Of a DNA stretch of 64,000 nt, positions 1 through 11,049 are shown piece by piece. Source of the stretch: Felis catus (lineage: Eukaryota). Positions within the stretch are counted from its first letter, which is position 1; the number at the start of each line of letters is the position of its first letter. The notes below the pieces were generated by a model. That model saw nothing but the letters and a program-made list of their open reading frames with translations, was not told the DNA's origin and did no database searches. The stretch spans positions 496,001 through 560,000 of the forward strand of contig NC_058383.1 in NCBI RefSeq assembly GCF_018350175.1. The letters run 5' to 3'. The translations under genes were made by a program, and so were the position numbers.

Positions 1-9
1 AAGTGCGGG

Positions 10-178
10 CTCAGCTAACAAGAACAGGGCGATATCCATTCATCAGTTGTGCCCGTTAAGAGCGTCCCACGTTAACAACCAGGGAAACCACCTGTGTGTG
101 GTGGGGTGGGAACTCCGTACTTCCTGCTCAACTTTTCTATGACCCTAAACCCGCTCTAAAAAAAAGCATGTCTATTAA
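10..178 (+). mobile_element. Ancient L1 (L1MC/L1MD-like) 3' terminus fragment
   Basis: gggaactccgtacttcctgctcaacttttctatgaccctaaacccgctctaaaaaaaagcatgtctattaa resembles the recalled L1MC/MD 3' end. Confidence 0.6.
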
Positions 179-199
179 CCTTTTACAATCTCTGGGAGA

Positions 200-650
200 C
201 GACAATGAGGCCACTCTGTCCCCACCAGAAGGGTTCAAATAAAAACAGATGTTGGTGAGGCCGGGGGGAAGCCCCACGCCGTTGGGGGGCGCCTGCAGCC
301 CCCACAGAGCACCAGCAGCGGCCCCGCGGCCGGCCGAGGGGAGAACACAGGAGGACGCCGCATTTCCCACGGAAACGCGTGGGTGCCTGTGTTCATCAAA
401 AGTACGCGCGCGGAGATGATTCAGGCGTCGCGCCAAAGACGACCCGGCCCGGAAGCCGTAGAGGTGGGCGTTTCCTACGGCCGAGCCCACGCAGAAGTGG
501 TAATGAATGAACGCAGCGGCACGTGGATAGATTTCATAAACATCAGACTGAGTGATGGGAACCAGACACAAGGACACGCTGCCTCGTTCTATTTATATGA
601 AGTGCCAAACGGTCCAAACCACGGTGTGATGATAAAAGTCGGTTGTGGCT
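200..650 (+). mobile_element. Highly diverged L1ME-like 3' region fragment, now GC/CpG-rich
   Basis: acgtggatagatttcataaacatcagactgagtgatgggaaccagacacaagg...ttctatttatatgaagt matches the typical old L1 3' UTR motif. Confidence 0.55.
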
Positions 651-2891
651 GGAGCAGAGAGGAGGCGGAGGTGGGCCGGCCGCGGTGCCCTCTGAGTTCA
701 GCGGGCCCCTCCTTCCCTCCGCCGCCTCCCCTCCTCCCTCACCCCGTCCCCCACTTGCCTGCTCCTCCCAGCCCCCTCTTCTTGGGGAGCACGGCAAAGG
801 CCAGCGGTCCCTCCAGGGAACTGGCCTCACTGGGCGAGGACTTTTTGAACCAGACTTCAGAGTGGAATTTTTTTCCTCTCAAAATAGAGAGGAATTGGCT
901 GTCCAGCAGTTAAAGATAGAATCCTGCGGCAAGGCCAAGGTCTGAGCCCCTGTCCCAGCTGGCCGCAGAGAGGGGTGTGGAGGCCTGGCCCCACCGCTCA
1001 GGGGACTCAGGGGTTTGCTGTCCCAGCTGCAGCTGGCACCGAGTCAGGTGACCAGTACCCCCCACCAGCATGGGCCGGGGGACTCGAGGAGTCAGGGGGA
1101 GGGCCAGCTTGCTTCCACAGAGGTGTTACAGGGGGTTTCCTGGAGGAGAGGACCCCACGGAGGCAACAAAGTGGGCTGGGAGCAGGAAGTGGCTGGCAGC
1201 TCAGGGCCTGGAGCACAGGAGAGGGGAAGGGCAGTGGTGGGCAGGTCAGGAGAAGCCCTGAACGTCAACTCAAGGAGGTGCGCTTTGCGCGTGGGCGGGG
1301 AGGGGCCGCCAAAAGGCTTGCAGCTGGGACATGAGGGCCACTGGGCAATGATGCCTGCCCAAGGCGAAGGTAGTCCCCTGGGAGTGGGGTCCAGCCTGGG
1401 TGTAGAGCTGGGGGGCGCTGGGGGCACTGGGCACAGCTGACCAGAGCGAGGCTCCCCACACTCCGCACTCCGGATGGGGCTTCTGAAGGCAAGCTCTGGT
1501 GCATGGTGGGGCCTCCCGTCCCTGGGGTGAGGGCCACACCCACCCTGGGGCCAGGTGGCAGTCCCCGGGGCAGCTCAGGGTTGACCTTCTGACCAAGGAC
1601 AGGCTTACAGCCGCCATCCCAAGTAAGGACAGGATCTTCTCTCGGGAAGCCCGTCGCTGTGGAATGTGTGTGTGTGATAGCCCGTCCCCACCAGGGGCCC
1701 GGGTGGAGGGCGGGACACCTGTGGGCTGTGTGGCCACCTCAGCTCAGCGCTCCGATGGGCTATGCCCGTGCTGCCAGCCCGTGGGCTCGGACCCACCTCT
1801 CAGGGCCACTGCTCTCCCAGGGCCAGGCAGGGAGGTGGCCGTGCACCTGAGCCACCAGGACAGAGGCACAGGAGCGACAACGGGGAGGGGCAGGTCCGCG
1901 CCACGTGTGGTCTCAGGGCACTGGCTTCCCTTCCCACGGCGCGTCCCCCTTGGCTTGGTGGCCAGAAGCCCCCCGCGCTCCACCTTCTCTCCGAGCAGGA
2001 GACGATTGTGTGGCCCACGTGGGCAGGAAGGCCGGGCGACAGTCGGGGCCTGTAAATGGAGCCCCTGGGGGTCGGAGGGGCCACGCCCCGTGACAGCCAC
2101 CCTGAGCCCATTCCCCCCCCCCAACACACAGGGCTGCTGGGCCCACACAGCATCTCCTCCACGTGTGACCTCAGGTCACAGAACACCATCCACGTGGGGG
2201 GAGGAAACCAGGCTGGAGGCAGTGAGCCTCTGCTCGGGGCCACACACGGGCAGGAAGACCAGGAGGTCTCCAGCTGGACCCTACCCCGAATTCCATGGGC
2301 TCATGGTCACAGCTGTGCACGGGGGGAGGGCGTACCTCCCCAAGGGAGCTGGGAAGGAGAAACTGAGGCTCAGCAAGGGCCGCTGAGGGTGCCACGTGCT
2401 GTGCTGTGCAGTGTGGGGGCCCCTGGGAGACGGTCCCCGTGCAGCCCGGCTGGGCGCCGGCCCCAGGCTCTGCTCCGGTGTCCCCATCACAGACTGACTC
2501 CGCCAGGCCCCTGCCCCTCACATAACCTCTCCCCAGACCCCCAGGCAGAGCCGGGCAGGCCAGCACCCGGGGAGAAGTGGTGCCCACTCCCAACACGGCT
2601 GGCTTCAAGCTACCAGGGACGTCACTGAGGGCAGACTTGGGACGGAGGCTCCTTCCCCCTGCAGGTGCGCTAGATGGGGTTCCTCCACGCAGCGATGGTG
2701 GCTGGTGGCTGTGAGCCGTGGCCGGGACCAGAGCCAGACTTACACCCATCTTGTCAGGAGTGTTACTGGAGCACAGCCGTGCCGGTCAGTGACATAAAAA
2801 TAAGTAATTGATGTGGTAACTAAATATCGTAAAATAATTCAGAAGGGATGTGTTGTAAGTATTTATTAGCTCTTTCAAAAACAGCTTTGTT

Positions 2892-3055
2892 GGGGCGCCT
2901 GGATGGCTCAGTCGGTTAAGCGTCTGACTTTGGCTCAGGTCATGATCTCCTGGTTTATGGGTCCGAGCCCCATGTCGGGCTCTGTGCTGACAGCCCAGAG
3001 CCTGGAGCCTGCTTTGGATTCTGCGTCTTCCTCTCTCTCTACCCCTCCCCCACTT

Positions 3056-3103
<48 letters not shown>

Positions 3104-3120
3104 TGTCTCTCTCAAAAATA
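2892..3120 (+). mobile_element. Felid Can-SINE (SINEC_Fc-type) with expanded (CT)n
   Basis: ggggcgcctggatggctcagtcggttaagcg head, (CT)n body, short A tail; degenerate TSD ending ctttgtt on both sides. Confidence 0.95.
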
Positions 3121-3533
3121 AGAACTTTGTTGAATTACAATTATCATCCAATAAACCGCACATGTTTAAAGTATAAAACTGATAAGTGACACGTTAGACA
3201 TGCATGTTATTTGCACAAACACGTGTCTGTGAAACCATCCCCACAATACAAGAATGAGCACATCCAGCACCTCAATGTGACCTGAGTTTGAATTTCCTAG
3301 AGTTTTGTACAAACAGAGTCATAGAATTTGAAATCTTTCTGCCCTTCTTTCACCCAACATAATCATTTTGAGATTCGTCCGTGTGCTGGCATGTGTCTTT
3401 CCTCTCACGCTGCTGAGTACTATTCCGTGACATGACCGCGTTAGCGCGTTTTCCATATTCGCCCGCCGGTAGAGACCCGGGTTACTGGGACTATCACAAA
3501 TACAGTTGCTGTGAACATTTCTGCACAAGTCTT

Positions 3534-3732
3534 TTTTTATTTTATTTTTTAATTTTAGAGACAGAGAGCACGTGATTGGGAGAGAGACAGAAGGAGAGGG
3601 AGAGTGAATCCCAAGTAGGCTCCCTGCCCGGCACAGAGACTGACACGGGCCTCAACCTTGCGACCACGAGATCATGACCTGACCCTAACTCAAGAGTCAG
3701 CCGTTCAACCCACGGAGCCGCGCAGGCGCCCC
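3534..3732 (-). mobile_element. Older diverged Can-SINE
   Basis: T tract, (GA)n, ends ...caggcgcccc; TSD gcacaagtctt at about 3523 and 3740. Confidence 0.9.
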
Positions 3733-3861
3733 TGTGCACGCACAAGTCTTCTCGTAGGAATGTATGCCGTCCTTTCTCTCGGGCAAATAGCTGAACCATG
3801 TGGCAGGTGTAGGGTTAAGCTTTGCAAAAACTGCCAGACTGTTTTCCAAAGTGTTTTTAAA

Positions 3862-4074
3862 TTTTTTTTTTCAACGTTTATTTATTTTGGGGACAGAGAG
3901 AGACAGAGCATGAACGGGGGAGGGGCAGAGAGAGAGGGAGACACAGAATCGGAAGCAGGCTCCAGGCTCTGAGCCGTCAGCCCAGAGCCCGACGTGGGGC
4001 TCGAACTCCCGGACCGCGAGATCGTGACCTGGCTGAAGTCGGACGCTTAACCGACTGCGCCACCCAGGCGCCCC
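3862..4074 (-). mobile_element. Young felid Can-SINE
   Basis: Near-consensus, CpG-rich; perfect TSD caaagtgtttttaaa at 3847-3861 and 4075-4089. Confidence 0.95.
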
Positions 4075-4101
4075 CAAAGTGTTTTTAAAACCTTCCCACC
4101 T

Positions 4102-4300
4102 CTCAGTCGGTTGAGCTTCCAACTTTGGCTCAGGTCATGATCTCACGGTCTACGAGTTCAAGCCCCATGTCGGGCTCTGGGCTGACAGCTCAGAGCCTGG
4201 AGACTGCTTCGGATTCTGTGTCTCCCTCTCTCTGACCCTCCTCCGTTCATGCTCTGTCTCTCTCTGTCTCAAAAATAAATAAATATTCAAAAAATTTTTT
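4102..4300 (+). mobile_element. 5'-truncated felid Can-SINE
   Basis: Starts at ctcagtcggttgagc (head missing); TSD aaaccttcccacc at 4088-4100 and 4301-4313. Confidence 0.93.
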
Positions 4301-4667
4301 AAACCTTCCCACCAATAATATATAAGACACCCAGTTTCTCCACATCCTCGCCAACACTTGGTATCATCAGTCTTTTTAATTTTAGCCATTCTCATAAATG
4401 TGGGGTCTATCTGTCACCTCTACTTTTTATTTCCCAAATGGCCACTGAGGTTGAGTATCTTTCCATGTGCTTATTTGCCACCTGTGTATCTTATTCTTAT
4501 AGACCTTCTTTTCTTCTTGGGTTGCTTATATTTTTATCATTGAGTTTTGAGAAGTTTTATATACTCTGGATACAAGTCCTCTATCAGACATGTGGTTTGC
4601 CAAGATCCTGCTCCAGGCTGTAGTTTCTTCTCTTCTTCTCAACAGTGTCTTAGAAAACAGAAGGTTT

Positions 4668-4898
4668 GGGGCGCCTGGGTGGCGCAGTCGGTTAGGCGTC
4701 CGACTTCAGCCAGGTCACGATCTCGCGGTCCGTGAGTTCGAGCCCCGCGTCGGGCTCTGGGCTGATGGCTCAGAGCCTGGAGCCTGTTTCCGATTCTGTG
4801 TCTCCCTCTCTCTCTGCCCCTCCCCCGTTCATGCTCTGTCTCTCTCTGTCCCAAAAATAAATAGACGTTGAAAAAAAAAAATTAAAAAAAAAAAAAAA
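4668..4898 (+). mobile_element. Young felid Can-SINE
   Basis: Full length, CpGs intact, long A tail; flanked by agaaaacagaaggttt at 4652-4667 and 4899-4914. Confidence 0.96.
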
Positions 4899-4914
4899 AG
4901 AAAACAGAAGGTTT

Positions 4915-5133
4915 GGAGCACCTGGGTGGCTCAGTCAGTTAAGCGTCCGACTCAGCTCAGGTCATGATCTCGCGGTCCGTGAGTTCGAGCCCCGCGTCGG
5001 GCTCTGTGCTGACGGCTCAGGGCCTGGAGCCTGTTTCAGACTCTGTGTCTCCCTCTCTCTCTGACCCTCCCCCATTCATGCTTTGTCTCTCTCTGTCTCA
5101 AAAATAAATAAATGTTTAAAAAAAATTTTTTTA
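4915..5133 (+). mobile_element. Felid Can-SINE, in tandem with the preceding copy
   Basis: ggagcacctgggtggctcagtcagttaagcg head; flanked by agaaaacagaaggttt at 4899-4914 and 5134-5149. Confidence 0.95.
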
Positions 5134-5411
5134 AGAAAACAGAAGGTTTTTACTTGTCAGAAATTCAATTTTTTATAAAGTCAACTTTTTCTTACCAAAG
5201 ATTACCATTTGGGTGTCATATCTAAACAATCTTTGCCTAACCCAAGGTCACAAAGCCGTTCCTCTAGGACTTTTATAGTTTTTGACTTTATATTTAGGTC
5301 TTCGATCTATATTGAATTAATATTTGGATAGCTGAAATGCACAGGTCAAAGTTTTATAGTCAGGTTAGTGATGGATGGGAGGAGAGATGGTAGGAAGACA
5401 GACAGACAGAT

Positions 5412-5453
5412 GATGGATGGATGGATGGATGGATGGATGGATGGATGGATGGA
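5412..5453. repeat. (GGAT)n microsatellite
   Basis: About 10 perfect units read directly. Confidence 0.95.
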
Positions 5454-5605
5454 CACAGACACATGATAAGAGTAATGCACTCACTCCAGCACCATTGTCT
5501 AAAAAGGCAATCCATTCTCCATTGAATTGTCTCAGTTCCCTTGTTGATGACTGGCTGTCCACGTGTGCAGGGTCTGTTTCTGGACTCTGCTCATTCCTCT
5601 ATCTT

Positions 5606-5806
5606 TCTAAAAAAATTTTAATGTTTATTTTTGAGAGAGAGCGAGTGAGCGAGGCGGTGGGGGAGGGCGGGCCACAGAATCCGAAGCAGGGTCCAGGCTC
5701 TGAGCTGTCAGCACAGAGCTTGATGCAAGGCTTGAATTCCCAAACCGTGAGATCATGACCTGAGCTGATGTTGGACGCTTAACCAACCGAGCCACCCAAG
5801 CGCCCC
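5606..5806 (-). mobile_element. Felid Can-SINE (older)
   Basis: Ends ...gccacccaagcgcccc; TSD ctctatctt at 5597-5605 and 5809-5817. Confidence 0.92.
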
Positions 5807-6437
5807 CTCTCTATCTTGACACAAATATTACACTGTCTTGATTACTGTAGGTCATGATGAATCTTGAAATCATCAAATGTAAGCCTCCAACCTCGTTCTT
5901 ACTCCTTGCAGCCATCTGGGTGGTTCTGGGTCGCTTGCAATCTCACAGGGATTTAAGGTTCTAACTGTAAGTTCAATGTCCTGAACAGACAGAGAGCTAT
6001 TCAGTTACGCATTTCTTCTCGAGCGAGATTTGGTAGTTCGTGTCCTTCACGGCATTTGTCCTTTTCACCTAAGACATTGAACTTACTGCCATAAAATGGT
6101 TCATTATTATTCTCTGTTATCTTCCTATTTTGTCCTACCATCGTGTCACCTCCTTCGCTCCTGACCCTGGTTGTCTGTGTCTTCTCCCTTTTTCCTTCTG
6201 ACCAGTCCACCGAGGTGTGTGCCAAGTCTATTCATCTTCATTGTCTCAAAGAACCAGCTTGTGGACTCATCTGTTTTCTCTTGGTTTTTTGTGTATTTTC
6301 CATGCCATTCACCTTGTGCTAATCTTTACCATGCTCCCTCTTTTTGTTTTCTTTGTGTTTACTTTGCTCTTCGTTTTAGAGCTCCGTAATGTGGAGTTGA
6401 GACCAGTCTTTTCTTTTCTCACATAGGCATTCAACGC

Positions 6438-6493
6438 AGGGACTAGCCAGCTTTCTCCATAAGCGGCCAGATAGTAAGGATTTCAGGCTTTGC
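6438..6493 (+). mobile_element. MER58-like hAT DNA transposon terminal fragment
   Basis: cagggactagccagctttctccataagcggccagatagtaaggatttcaggctttgc resembles the recalled MER58A end. Confidence 0.55.
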
Positions 6494-6499
6494 TTCTAG

Positions 6500-8170
6500 T
6501 AACAGCTTTGGGCCCAAGGGTATCTTGTTGGATATTAAGATATTAGTAAAACCACCGTGATCTTTCACGCTTGCTGTTTGTGAGGCTTGTCACCTTCTGA
6601 TAGCACACGGTTGGACCTTCGCCTCTAAACTCCAGTGTGACAATGTCTGCCTTCAGTCTAATCTAATCCATTCGCATTTAATGCTGTGATCGATAGGGCC
6701 GGGGGTACGTGGGACATCCTCCTTTTGTTTTCCATGCGTCTCACTGCGGTTCCTGCTTCGGCTCCTCCTTCTCCGCCTCCCTTTGTAGCTAGTGCACATT
6801 TTGTAGTGTGTCGTTTACGTTCCTTTGATCATTTGCAGCTAGGCATCTATATTCGAAGTTAATTTTTTAGCAGTTGCTCTAGGGCTGATGATGCACAATT
6901 TAGCAGACTCTGTTTCCGGAGATACTAACCTGCCTCCAGGAAGACACGGGAGTTCTCCTGTGTCGCTCTGTCCCCCCTCTCCTGCTGGTATTGGTGCGCC
7001 TACACCTAACAGTGCAAGCTGTAATCGACGCTTTATGTGACCTCGTGGCTTTACTGACCACGCCCCCTCCTCTTTGCCTCATCTGTGGACTCAAGTTACC
7101 CCTCGGTGCCATCTGCTCTCTCTAGTGTACCTTCATTCCCACCCCTCCTCTGTGTTGTTATTGTCAAACACATGACATTTCTCTATGTTCTAGATCCAAC
7201 AGAAAATGTTAGAGACATTGCTGTATGCAATTGCTTTTCAAATCGGGTGAGAGACGCAAGGAGAATGCACGTGGAACTGGAGTGTCTTTTATAATTGCAC
7301 CCAGGGTCACCCTTTGCATCCCAGTGTCGGCTGGAATTACTGTCCAGTGTCACTCCCTTTCAGCCGGGAAAACAAAGTGAGCATTTCTCTGCCAGCAATA
7401 ACTTTGTTCCTTGTTTTTGTTTGCTTGTTTTCCTAGCAATAGCTGTATCTCACCTTCCTTTCTGAAAACCTGTTTTGCCAGATACGGGATTCTTGGCTAA
7501 CGGTTCCTCTTCTTTGAGCGCTTTGCACACAGCGCCCACGGCGTCTAACCGCCACGGTTTCCAAGGAGAAGCCAGCAGGCCCCCTTGTCCACGCTGAGTC
7601 CTTTCTCCCTCACTACTTTCCCAGTCCCACACTTCGGCTGTGATCTGTCTGCTATGTGTTTCGTATTTTGTACCTTTGCATTTTTTCCTACTTGCAGTTT
7701 GTTGAGCTTCTTGGATGTAGATCATTGTTACTTGTGAACTTTGGGAACTTTTCAGCCATTATTTCCTCAAATATCTTTCCTCTCTTAATACCCCCATCAC
7801 ATATGTACCCTTGTGCCTGATGGAGTCCCACTCGTCTCCTTGCACCTGTTCCTTTTCTTCGCTATTTTGTTTCTTGTTTTCTTTGGGTTTCACAATCTCT
7901 GTCATGCTCTCTTCAAGTTCATCGGGTCTTTCTTCTGCTAGCTTAAATCTACTGTTGAGCCTCTCTAGTGAATTTTTCATGTTGATTATTATACTCCAAC
8001 TCCAGAATTTCCATTTGGTTCTTTTCATGCTTTTTACCGCTTTGCAGATGGTCTCTATGTCATGAGTCACTGTCACTGCGCCTGCCTCTGCATCTCTCAA
8101 CATGGCCTCCTTCCTTGAACATATTTGTCATTGTTTCTTTAAAGTCTTTGCCTGCTGAGTGCAGTACTGG
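6500..8170 (-). pseudogene. Decayed L1 ORF1 and ORF2 5' remnant (antisense)
   Basis: ORF 7759-8103 reads MKNSLERLNSRFKLAEERPDELEE...WDSIRHKGTYVMGV; ORF 7450-7725 reads IQEAQQTASR...KALKE. Both are L1 ORF1p-like but frameshifted. Confidence 0.8.
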
Positions 8171-8206
8171 CCCCTCCCCGTCCCTCCTCAGAGGGAGCAG
8201 TTTGGG

Positions 8207-9052
8207 TAGCACAGGGTCAACAGACCACCAAGGACACACAGGGTCTGATGGACCACCAAGGGCACACAGGGTCGACAGACCACCAAGGACGCACCAGGTC
8301 CAATGAACCACCAAGGACGCACAGGGTATGAATCACCAAGGACACACAGGGTCCGACAGACCACCAAGGACGCATGGGGTCCAAAAGACCACCAAGGACG
8401 CACAGGGTCCAACAGACCACCAAGGATGCATGGGGTCCAACCCACCAAGGATGTACAGGGTCCAAAAGACCACCAAGGACGCACAGGGTCGATGGACCAC
8501 CAAGGATGCACAGGGTCCGATGGACCACCAAGGACGCACAGAGTCCAATGCACCACCAAGGATACACAGGGTCCAAAAGACCACCAAGGACGCACAGGGT
8601 CTGATAGACCACCAAGGACACACAGGGTCGACAAACCACCAAGGACGCACCAGGTCCAATGAACCACCAAGGACGCACAGGGTCCAACAGACCACCAAGG
8701 ATGCATGGGGTCCAACCCACCAAGGATGCACAGGGTCCAAAAGACCACCAAGGATGCACAGGGTCAACTTACCACCAAGGATACACAGGATCAACAGACC
8801 ACCAAGGACACACAGAGTCCGACGGACCACCAAGGATACAAAGGGTCCAAAAGACCACCAAGGATACACAGGGTTGATGGAGCACCAAGGATGCACAGGG
8901 TCCAATGGACCATCAAGGACACACAGGGTGAATGGACCACCAAGGATACACAGGGTCGATGGACCCCCAAGGACGCACAGGGTCAACGGACCACCAAGGA
9001 TACACAGGGTCAATGGACCACCAAGGACCTACGGGGTCCGACCCACCAAGGA
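8207..9052. repeat. Minisatellite, about 27-28 bp unit (gaccaccaaggacgcacagggtccaaca), about 31 copies
   Basis: Tandem periodicity read directly, with interspersed variant units. Confidence 0.97.
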
Positions 9053-9629
9053 CAACTCCAGAGTCAGCTCGGTCCCCTTTGATTGCCTTTTTCCATGATC
9101 TCCCACTGAATCTCTGCCTCGTCTGCCTCGATAGATATAACACCCATCTGCTGCCAGCTGATGGCTCTATTGATTTCAACAGCGCCCTGGAGCGTGAATG
9201 AATCCAGTGTGATCCAATAAAGTCAGGCCTGTTGGCAACGGGAAGGCGTTGGCAGTCTTTGAAGCTCTCCCTGCCCCTCCCCTGCGTGGAGGCTCTGTGC
9301 TGATGGGACAGGAGCTGGGGGTGGGGGAGCTCGGTCTTCACCAGCCACCTGCCCCCCAGATCCTCACCGCGGGGTAGGAGCCAGAGGGAAGGCAGGGGCA
9401 TAACTGGTGCCAGCCACCGTCTGTCTACACCACCCAGCACAGATCGTGGAGAGCATACGGCCCGGCAGCGCGGGACCTGCCAGTGTCCCCTGAGCACACC
9501 CAGAATAGCTCTTGTATGCTGTGACGTCGGGGGAGCTGCCTGTCTGCCGCTAAGCCCCCCAGGACGGCCCTCCGGCAGCACAGAGCTTGGGGCGGGACGG
9601 GGGTGGGGGGGAGAGGACCACGTTCTCTC

Positions 9630-9755
9630 TTTGTAATGTTCATTCATTCGTTTTGCAAGAGAGAGCGCGCGCGCATGCACATGAGCGGGACAGGGGCAGA
9701 GAGAGAGGGAGAGAGAATCGCAAGCAGGCTCCATGCTTGGCACAGAGCCCGACGT
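9630..9755 (-). mobile_element. Old Can-SINE 3' half
   Basis: ggggcagagagagagggagagagaatcgcaagcaggctccatgcttggcacagagcccgac. Confidence 0.8.
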
Positions 9756-11049
9756 ACAAAGGCTTGACGTGTGCGTGTGCACACGCGTGTACATACAGCC
9801 TAATTCCTGGGATTTCTTCCTCCCTTTGTTTCGCCTCGGAGAGCTGCCTCCACAATAAAGCCAACACATTTCAAGGAACGACAGGGCTGCTGTCAGCCCA
9901 CAGTGTGCCGCGGGTTGGGACGTTTTGCTGTGTCCCGATTGTGCTTCCAAAAAAACTTCCAAGCCAACAAAAAATATCCGGCCTCCCAAAACTAGTCCAG
10001 GGTCACAGGTCAGAGGGCACTCTTCCGCAGGGAGGGGGCAGGAGGGGCTGGCCACACCGTTCCTCGACTGGCTCCTCAAAACAAAGTGTTTGTTTGTTTT
10101 AATGATGAGACTGGACGCCTAGGACACATGCACATTTCTGCACGTGTGCATGTGATGCTTTAATAAAGAATTTACAACTAAAAAGCAGGTCCCTCCTCAG
10201 ATGAGCGCTCTGAAGCTGCCATTGGCCCCCGTCTCTGTCATGCTGCCGGTGACCACCCCAGGACCCGTGGCCAGCTGGCATCGGCCTGAGGCCCTCGAGC
10301 GATGGCGGGTTGGCACCAGCCGCTGCAGAACGAGGTAGGGGTGCAGGACGGTAGGCACCACACATCTGAGACGCAGCACGAGCTCCGAGACCTGCATGCA
10401 TGTCCTCCCCATGCACTTTGGCGACCGGCCTGAACCCCCCTCCCCCACAGAGGGGCGGCACCCCTTGGGGGCTGTGTCTTCCTTCCACGCGGCCAGAGCC
10501 CAGAACTCTCCGAGGCCCCAGTGCCCCCCCCCGCTCAGGGTCTGGGGGTGCCAGGACCCAAGATGGGGAAGTGCCAGCTGTCTGAGTTTCTGGAACCCAG
10601 CAGGAGTAGGGGAGAGGGCGGACGGCTGGCTAGCGCTTTGCAAGGAGGCAGGTCTGCAGCTCCCGGGGAGGGGTGGGGGGGCGGCACAGCCAAGCCACCC
10701 CTCCCCCTGGAAACCCCTGGGCCTGGAGCCTTACTCTGCTGCTCTCCCTACCACCCCCAGGGCATCCATTTGCCCACCAGACAGCCGCAGGGCGGGGTGG
10801 GGGCTCTCGAGGTCTGGCCCGGGCCCGACCCTCCCCTTGGGAAGAACCACACCAATGCCTTAGTCCTCACTCCTCTGGAAGGGCCGAAACAGGTCTTCAG
10901 AGGGAGCAGGCAGCAAAGGCCTGCTTTGAATATCAACGTTTTCTGAAGATCAAAAAAGAAAGAAAGATATTTTGGAAACATCTAATGTGCCAACTAATTA
11001 AGTGTCTGATTATTAACGAGCTCTCTCCCAGAAGAAGGGAAAACAACCA

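Larger units (their letters stand above)
3125..6430 (-). mobile_element. Decayed L1M 3' UTR/ORF2 C-terminal region, antisense, interrupted by six SINEs
   Basis: Antisense L1 motifs: aactgccagactgttttccaaagtg, ccagtttctccacatcctcgccaacacttgg, ctttgcctaacccaaggtcac, ccagcaccattgtctaaaaagg, cactgtcttgattactgtag. Confidence 0.8.

Noticed and set aside
4668..4750. tRNA-like A/B boxes
   Set aside because: These are the tRNA-derived heads of Can-SINEs, not tRNA genes
8188..9098. Repetitive ORFs and a CRISPR-like look of the 28-bp array
   Set aside because: Head-to-tail repeats without unique spacers, no cas genes, mammalian context
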